In this document: in pieces, positions 58,043-64,000 of the stretch
Layout: every line of letters starts with the position of its first letter
How positions within the stretch are numbered: the first letter of the stretch is position 1
Assembly: GCA_029855935.1 (NCBI GenBank)
Contig: JAGSHN010000005.1
Coordinates: 1-64,000, forward strand
From: Candidatus Thorarchaeota archaeon
GTDB lineage: Archaea > Asgardarchaeota > Thorarchaeia > Thorarchaeales > Thorarchaeaceae
Reading direction: 5' to 3'
DNA: 64,000 bases
Position numbers and translations under genes: made by a program
Notes under the pieces: model-generated
What the model saw: only the letters and a program-made list of their open reading frames with translations
Databases searched by the model: none
What the model was told of the DNA's origin: nothing

Positions 58043-58231
58043 TCGGTATCTCCTTCAAATTGTGTTATCGTGTTCCCGGGTGGCAGTCTCTTCACTGCCC
58101 CACGATACACTAGATTGTACACACAGTGACCCTTATTAATTTATCGCCGTCTGGCTATGCGTACCGCGGTCTATCACCGCGCCATAAACGTGCAAATGAT
58201 TTATCCGAGAGCAGGGTGATGGACGGGCCGA

Positions 58232-59518
58232 GTGAAGATGAAGGCAGCAATCCTTGCAGCAGGCGAGTCCACTAGAATGCGACCGTTGTCAGCATATGTG
58301 CCTAAGCACCTCCTCCCAGTAGCGGGGGAGCCGATGATATTTCACACCCTCAGAGGCCTGAGGGCCGCAGGGATAAGGGATGTACTGATAGTCACCGGAT
58401 ATATGGAGGAAGAGCTCAGAAGGACCATTGATGATCGTGACTGGGGACCAATGAGTATCGCCTATGTGACTCAGACCGAGCGGCGGGGGACGGCTGATGC
58501 CGCATCATTTGCAAGAGAGTTCGCTGGCGATGAGAATCTTCTGCTCATGTATGGAGATGTCATGGTGGGACCCGGGACCTTTGAGGGGCTTGTGAGGGCC
58601 CACAGAGAGAGCGGACTGGCACTTACGCTATCAGTCATCGAGATGGAGGACCCGACCGCGTACGGGGTCGTTGTTGTTGGTGATGACGGATGTGTGAAAC
58701 GACTTGTCGAGAAGCCGAGTAGAGATAATCTGCCGAGTAACCTCGTGAATGCTGGTGTATACGTGGTAGGCCCAGAACTGTGGGAGGCTATTGAAAAGAC
58801 GGAGGAGTCGGAGCGAGGAGAACGAGAGATCACGGACTCCATTAGCCTGCTCATTGAGAGAGGGGTCGTGGGAGCCTATTGGTTGCCCTCGTGGTGGATA
58901 GATGTCGGTCGACCGTGGGACCTTCTTGAGGCCAACGAATTGATTCTCAGAGATGCTATGAGAAGGGTCGATGGTGACATCGAGGAGGGCGTAGTTCTCA
59001 AGGGACCTGTGATTGTGGAGAGGGGTGCAACCGTCAGGTCGGGCGCCTACATAATCGGTCCCGCGTATATTGGGCCAGAGTGTGTTGTTGGGCCCAACTG
59101 TTTCATCAGACCGTACACCTGTTTGGTACGGAAGGTCAAGATAGGCAACGCTGTTGAGATAAAGAACAGTATCATCATGGAGGGCACCAATATCGGACAT
59201 CTGTCTTATGTGGGCGACTCTGTCATAGGCAGGAGGGTCAACTTCGGTGCTGGGACTATCACTGCAAACCTGCGACACGACAATCGGCCCGTCAAGGTGA
59301 CAGTCAAGGACCAGAGAGTGAGTTCCGGACGGAGGAAGCTGGGAGCCATCATCGGCGACAACGTGAAGACGGGCATAGGGACCTCCATAGGACCAGGTGT
59401 AGTGATTCATCAGGACTCTAGGACGGGGATTGGCGTGATAGTTGACAGGGACATACCGCCCGGGCGACTCGTTGTGGCGGACCAGCCCCGACGCGTGCTC
59501 GACGTTACAAGGATGTAG
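58232..59518 (+). CDS. glmU: Bifunctional sugar-1-phosphate nucleotidylyl/acetyltransferase (GlmU-like)
   Basis: LAAGESTRMRPL..PK, EKP, hexapeptide repeats, HLSYVGDS, ANLRHD. Confidence 0.92.
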   Translation: MKMKAAILAAGESTRMRPLSAYVPKHLLPVAGEPMIFHTLRGLRAAGIRDVLIVTGYMEEELRRTIDDRDWGPMSIAYVTQTERRGTADAASFAREFAGDENLLLMYGDVMVGPGTFEGLVRAHRESGLALTLSVIEMEDPTAYGVVVVGDDGCVKRLVEKPSRDNLPSNLVNAGVYVVGPELWEAIEKTEESERGEREITDSISLLIERGVVGAYWLPSWWIDVGRPWDLLEANELILRDAMRRVDGDIEEGVVLKGPVIVERGATVRSGAYIIGPAYIGPECVVGPNCFIRPYTCLVRKVKIGNAVEIKNSIIMEGTNIGHLSYVGDSVIGRRVNFGAGTITANLRHDNRPVKVTVKDQRVSSGRRKLGAIIGDNVKTGIGTSIGPGVVIHQDSRTGIGVIVDRDIPPGRLVVADQPRRVLDVTRM

Positions 59519-59544
59519 TAGAGAATCGTAGCTGGTGCGATCAC

Positions 59545-61068
59545 TTGTCACAGTTTCCCCGCGAGATTAACACTGTCACCAAGGATGTGAGACAAGTCAA
59601 CATCCTGTTCGCGCTCTGCTATCCCTCCACATACCGCGCGGGGATGAGCGGACTCGCAATGCATCTCTTTTATTCAGCGCTCAATGCACGCCAGGACACC
59701 TCATGTGAGCGATACTTTAGATTCGACACCCCCTCTCCTGTTCGGTCTCTTGAGAGCGGCCGTGGGCTGAGGGACAATCATATCGTTGGATTCTCCCTGA
59801 CCTATGAAATCGATATTCTTCATCTCGTGCAGATGCTTGAGATGGCGGGCATCCCAGCCTTTGCATCGGACAGGGAGTGTGATGACCCCATAGTCATCAT
59901 CGGAGGACCAGCCGTAAGTGCCAACCCCCTCCCCTTCTCAAGATTTGCTGACGCGTTCGTCATCGGCGAGGGCGATTTGGTAATTCACGACATAGTCGAC
60001 ACTGTGGGGGAAGACAAGAGTCGGAATGATATCATAGATGCAATTGCGGACATAGAGGGGGTGTATGTCCCCCACAGATCGGAGGGGCCGGTCCGTAGGC
60101 TCAAGATTGACAATATTGACCACATCTTCCATCCGACCCGTCAGATAGTCGCGGATGTTCCTGATGGGAGTCGCCATCAACCCATCTTCGGAAGAGCCCT
60201 GCTGGTCGAGGTCACACGAGGCTGTGGTCATGCCTGCAAGTTCTGTCTGATTGGCCATATCCCGGGGCCACGCAGGGCAAGGTCCCTTGAGCGTCTGCAG
60301 TCCATCATCCAGAGAGGTATTGCCGAAACGCCAGTGAAGAAGCTTGCCCTTATCGGGTCGTCGCTAGGTGATATGCCCCGTCTACAGGAACTGATAGACT
60401 GGATTGTGGGAGCGGGACTACAGCTGTCGGTGCCATCACTCAGGGCCGACACGGTCACTCAAGAACTGGTGTCGTCCATTGCGAAGGGTGGACAGAGGAC
60501 GCTCACGATTGCCCCCGAAACTGGTACCGAGGAGTTGCGCAGACGCGTAGGCAAGGGGATTAGGGACGACCAGATAGAGAGAGCAATTGACATGGCAGAG
60601 TCCGCAGGAATGCACGCCGTGAAGTTGTATTTCATAGTAGGTCTGCCAAGCGAGCAAGAGTCCGACGTTGCCGCCATAGCTGAGATGGTGAGGTCACTTG
60701 CAGAGCGGCACCGGATACGCATAACGGTTGGTGTGAACCCCTTTGTACCGAAGGCCCATACGAGGTTCGAGAGAGAGGCCCAACCCTCGCTTGAGGTCAT
60801 CCGTGCCAAGATTCGACTCGTAGAGGAACGTCTCCGCAGTGTGCCGAGGGTCATATTTGAGGGACTCGATCCTAGGGAGGCCCGAGTTCAGGCTGCACTA
60901 TCAATGGGGGACGAGTCCCTCTCCGAGGTGATACTGTTGGCATCAAGATACGGCGGACTTGGAGGATGGAGAAGGGCAGAACGTGAGAGCGGCATCGCAT
61001 TCTTCTCCGTGGCAAGCGACACATCAAGGCGAGAGGGGGATCTCCCCTGGTCATTTATAGTGGACTAG
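59545..61068 (+). CDS. B12-binding-type radical SAM protein
   Basis: YRAGMSGL, IGEGD, EVTRGCGHACKFC, APETG, FIVGLP. Confidence 0.88.
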   Translation: MSQFPREINTVTKDVRQVNILFALCYPSTYRAGMSGLAMHLFYSALNARQDTSCERYFRFDTPSPVRSLESGRGLRDNHIVGFSLTYEIDILHLVQMLEMAGIPAFASDRECDDPIVIIGGPAVSANPLPFSRFADAFVIGEGDLVIHDIVDTVGEDKSRNDIIDAIADIEGVYVPHRSEGPVRRLKIDNIDHIFHPTRQIVADVPDGSRHQPIFGRALLVEVTRGCGHACKFCLIGHIPGPRRARSLERLQSIIQRGIAETPVKKLALIGSSLGDMPRLQELIDWIVGAGLQLSVPSLRADTVTQELVSSIAKGGQRTLTIAPETGTEELRRRVGKGIRDDQIERAIDMAESAGMHAVKLYFIVGLPSEQESDVAAIAEMVRSLAERHRIRITVGVNPFVPKAHTRFEREAQPSLEVIRAKIRLVEERLRSVPRVIFEGLDPREARVQAALSMGDESLSEVILLASRYGGLGGWRRAERESGIAFFSVASDTSRREGDLPWSFIVD

Positions 61069-61161
61069 GTGAGAATAGCCGACAGGAATTATGTTATAAG
61101 CGTGCCAGGACTAGCTCATTATGGATGGCCGAAATGCCCCCTGTCACTGCGGTGAGCACTG

Positions 61162-61506
61162 ATGGAACGAGACGAGTTCGAGAAGGCGTTTCCAGCGCTC
61201 AGTGAGGAGATCAGGACAGGCAAGACAAAGACGTATAGGATTACTGGAGTCCGTCTGGAGATGAAGGAAGAGAGTGAGAGCGACTCGAACCAAGACCAAG
61301 GGACCTTCCTGCCCGATGTCGTTGACTACATCCGCCGATGCGACACAGTGCCACAGGCACTTGAGATAGTCGACTATCTCCTGAAACAGGGTGAGATAAG
61401 CAGGTCGGAGGCGTCATCAATCAAACGTCAATTGAAGACGCAGGGTCTCAGAAGTTTTGGTTCAAAGAAGGAGAAGGACTACTATCTCCACCACGGAATT
61501 GGCTGA
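61162..61506 (+). CDS. DUF2095-like protein
   Basis: FPAL..E, PDVVDYIRRC, GLRSFG.KK..DYY. Confidence 0.82.
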   Translation: MERDEFEKAFPALSEEIRTGKTKTYRITGVRLEMKEESESDSNQDQGTFLPDVVDYIRRCDTVPQALEIVDYLLKQGEISRSEASSIKRQLKTQGLRSFGSKKEKDYYLHHGIG

Positions 61507-61545
61507 GCGGTTCCAGACACCTTCTCACAATTGAGGTCGAATATG

Positions 61546-61557
61546 AAGAAAAAAGAG
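61546..61557 (-). terminator. Oligo-T terminator downstream of atpB
   Basis: TCTTTTTTCTTC on minus strand just after the atpB stop. Confidence 0.5.
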
Positions 61558-61565
61558 GCGGGAGA

Positions 61566-62966
61566 TCAGGGCGGCACATAGACACCCTTCTCTCTGGCCC
61601 ACGCTATTGTGGAGGGGTCACATCTCTTCAGTTCGCGTTCAGGAAACTCGCTGAGCAGTTTCCAGCCCAGGTCGAGCGTTTCCTCAAAGGATCGGTCCTC
61701 GTACTCATCTTGACTTATGAATTCCGCCTCGAACCGGTCAGCAAACTTGAGGTATTTCTGGTCTCGTTCTGTGAGAGCCTCAGATCCAACAACGGCTACC
61801 AAGTCTCGCAAGTCGCGCCCTTCAGAGTACGCGTAGTAGAGCTGGGCTTGAACCTCTCTGTGATCGAAGCGAGTCATCCCCTTACCAATGCCCTCCTTCA
61901 TCAACCGGCTGAGAGAGGGGCCAGGATCAATGGGCGGATAGACGCCACGTCTGTGGAGTGCCCTGCTCACCAGAAGCTGTCCTTCTGTGATGTATCCTGA
62001 CAGATCAGGAATTGGATGTGTCATATCGTCCTGTGGCATAGACAGAATTGGCATCTGGGTGATTGTGCCCTTGCGACCGTGGATACGTCCAGCACGCTCG
62101 TAGATTGTACTCAAGTCAGTGTAGAGATAACCGGGATAGCCGCGTCGCCCTGGCACCTCTGACCTAGCGGCGCTAATCTCGCGAAGAGCCTCGGCATAGT
62201 TTGTCATATCAGTCAAGATGACGAGAACGTGCATGTCTGACTCGTAGGCCAAATACTCAGCTGCAGTGAGTGCTGCGCGAGGCGTGATGATACGCTCGAT
62301 TGCAGGGTCGTTTGCGAGGTTAAGGAACAGTGCTGTGTGCTCAAGAGCGCCAGTTTCCTGAAATGAGGATATGAAGTACTGGGCCTCGGTGGCAGTGATT
62401 CCCATCGCCGCAAAGACTATTGCGAACTCGCTCTCCTCGCCGGGAATCTTGGCCTGTCTCACAATCTGGGCTGCGATGCGGTTATGGGGCAGTCCAGAGC
62501 CAGAGAATATGGGCAGCTTCTGTCCCCGGACCAGCGTGTTGAGGCCGTCAATGACAGAGAGGCCAGTCTGAATAGGCTGACGGGGATACTGTCGGGCGTA
62601 GGGGTTGATTGGGGACCCGTAGATGTCCCAGTGATCCTCTGCTGTGAGCGGTGGCCCTCTGTCAAGGGGGTTGCCCGAGCCATCGAGGACACGACCTAGT
62701 ATCTCAGATGATACGGGGAGCTTCAGAGTTTCGCCGATGAAGCGGACTGCGGTGAGCTCGGTGTCAAGTCCGCGAGTCCCCTCAAAGACCTGGATGACCG
62801 CCCGCCCTCTTCCTGTTTCGAGCACAGTCCCGGTGAGGGTCTCTCCCGACGGCGCACGTATCTTTACGACCTCGTTGTATGCCACATCGTGAATGTTCTC
62901 CACAACAAGAAGAGGCCCGCTGACATCGGACACCGTGCGATAAGTGATTGTGGTTTCCTTCCTCAT
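61566..62966 (-). CDS. atpB: A/V-type ATP synthase subunit B
   Basis: [44 protein letters not shown]. Confidence 0.97.
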   Translation of the reverse strand: MRKETTITYRTVSDVSGPLLVVENIHDVAYNEVVKIRAPSGETLTGTVLETGRGRAVIQVFEGTRGLDTELTAVRFIGETLKLPVSSEILGRVLDGSGNPLDRGPPLTAEDHWDIYGSPINPYARQYPRQPIQTGLSVIDGLNTLVRGQKLPIFSGSGLPHNRIAAQIVRQAKIPGEESEFAIVFAAMGITATEAQYFISSFQETGALEHTALFLNLANDPAIERIITPRAALTAAEYLAYESDMHVLVILTDMTNYAEALREISAARSEVPGRRGYPGYLYTDLSTIYERAGRIHGRKGTITQMPILSMPQDDMTHPIPDLSGYITEGQLLVSRALHRRGVYPPIDPGPSLSRLMKEGIGKGMTRFDHREVQAQLYYAYSEGRDLRDLVAVVGSEALTERDQKYLKFADRFEAEFISQDEYEDRSFEETLDLGWKLLSEFPERELKRCDPSTIAWAREKGVYVPP

Positions 62967-63041
62967 ACTAGGCAGCCGTCCCGTGAGTGCAAGCGGTAGT
63001 GACCTGTTTTAAGAATTGCTCTGTGAAGGAAACCATTTGGG

Positions 63042-63560
63042 TCACCACAGCCATATGACTGCAGAGAGGGACACGAATATTGTCAGCACGATTAGCGAAC
63101 GCACAATCAGTCTTTTTCCAGTTCGTTCCATCTCAGGGGACAGATGGGTAAAGTATGTAATTGCTCCCACAAGCACGCATATTGCACAGATTGCAGAGCC
63201 GAATGCATAGACCAGGGGAAGAGTTTCGACATCGGACAGCTTTAGCAGCTGCGCGGGAATGAAGTCCACGTTTGCGAGCAGCAGTGCAATGTTCTCAACA
63301 TCCACGATGGTGCCAAGTATGTTCCCCAGTACATAGAAGACAATTCCGATGATGATTGACCCCTTCGCGGCAGAATCGCTCAGTGTCGAGGCATAGACGA
63401 CCAGCCCTATGACTAGAAAGACATAGTAGAAGCGAACGCAGAGTACGTAGGCCACAACGAGAATGTTGTAGACAGTGTCTACACCGTTGAACGAGGGAAG
63501 AGGCGTGTTCTGCAGCAATGCTCTGAAGATTGGCAGGGCTGGAGAAACCATTGATCTCAC
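63042..63560 (-). CDS. Membrane protein with two TM hairpins (VirB2/TrbC pilin-like pattern)
   Basis: IGLVVYAS..AAKGSIIIG and VGAITYFT..RTGKRLIVRSL. Confidence 0.6.
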   Translation of the reverse strand: MRSMVSPALPIFRALLQNTPLPSFNGVDTVYNILVVAYVLCVRFYYVFLVIGLVVYASTLSDSAAKGSIIIGIVFYVLGNILGTIVDVENIALLLANVDFIPAQLLKLSDVETLPLVYAFGSAICAICVLVGAITYFTHLSPEMERTGKRLIVRSLIVLTIFVSLSAVIWLW

Positions 63561-63565
63561 AATGA

Positions 63566-64000
63566 CTAGTGCGAAGTGGCGGATATAACCCCCACTCGAA
63601 TCAGCTCCCGTTGTAACACACGAAGGTCGTGGCGTAACAGGTCAAGTATCGTGCGACTTCGGAGCGCGGCTGCAGGATGATACGTCATGAACATCTTCAG
63701 AGAGTCAGCCTCGTAGAATCGTCCGTGCGCCTCAGAAACCCTCCACGGACCAACAACCGAGGAGATAGCCACCCCGCCGAGAAGGACGACGACCTCTGGC
63801 CGAATGATGTCGATCTGATGTAGGAGATATGGCAGGCATCGTTCGATCTCGCTAGCCGCTGGAGCCCGATTGCGCGGAGGACGGCATTTCAATACCGACG
63901 TTATGAAGACATCACTGCGGTCAATGCCTATCTCACCCAGTAGCTCTGTCAGGAGCCTACCAGAACGCCCTACGAAGGGTCGGCCAGTTTCATCTTCCCT
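63566..64000 (-). CDS. Family 4 uracil-DNA glycosylase (5' end outside window)
   Basis: DETGRPFVGRSG, KCRPP.NR, VVLLG, YHPAA; ORF open to window edge. Confidence 0.93.
   Translation of the reverse strand, partial: REDETGRPFVGRSGRLLTELLGEIGIDRSDVFITSVLKCRPPRNRAPAASEIERCLPYLLHQIDIIRPEVVVLLGGVAISSVVGPWRVSEAHGRFYEADSLKMFMTYHPAAALRSRTILDLLRHDLRVLQRELIRVGVISATSH

Noticed and set aside
58631-59551. Long antisense ORFs (also 40485-41378, 11277-12074, 18428-19201 and others)
   Set aside because: Shadow frames of well-supported genes in a GC-rich genome; no recognisable motifs
1-64000. CRISPR array, rRNA, SRP RNA, RNase P RNA, IS elements
   Set aside because: No regularly spaced repeats, conserved RNA signatures or transposase motifs seen by eye

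Overview
Gene-dense, GC-rich archaeal chromosome segment. It is most likely from an Asgard archaeon (Thorarchaeia-like); this is inferred from a ribophorin-I homolog, a eukaryote-type topoisomerase IB and the overall gene set, not from an rRNA marker. Most of the window is housekeeping: the rnp4-yhbY-rps19e-PDCD5-rpl39e-rpl31e-eIF6-rplX-pfdA-ftsY cluster, the ftsZ-secE-spt5-rpl11-rpl1-rpl10-rpl12 cluster, the nmd3-eIF1A-rio1-KH-top6B-top6A cluster, plus fen1, RPA2-like, eIF2beta, cdc48, hef, gcvPA/PB and a stand-alone atpB. Nine tRNA genes were found, all with encoded CCA; three carry 28-29 nt introns at non-canonical sites. No CRISPR array, IS or integrase was seen. Main highlights: (1) a 982-aa surface glycoprotein fusing a DOMON-like domain (with an FKBP-type PPIase inserted in it), an Ig-like domain and a ribophorin-I (Ost1/RPN1) module, transcribed divergently from the GPT/AglH gene; (2) D-loop, T-loop and double tRNA introns; (3) Spt5 with an inserted C2HC zinc finger; (4) Topo IB with a greatly extended coiled-coil linker; (5) a Trm112 stop codon overlapping the 5' end of tRNA-Gln; (6) probable CTG start codons; (7) several structured leaders and an unannotated micro-ORF. 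All family calls come from motif recognition by eye; no database searches were run.
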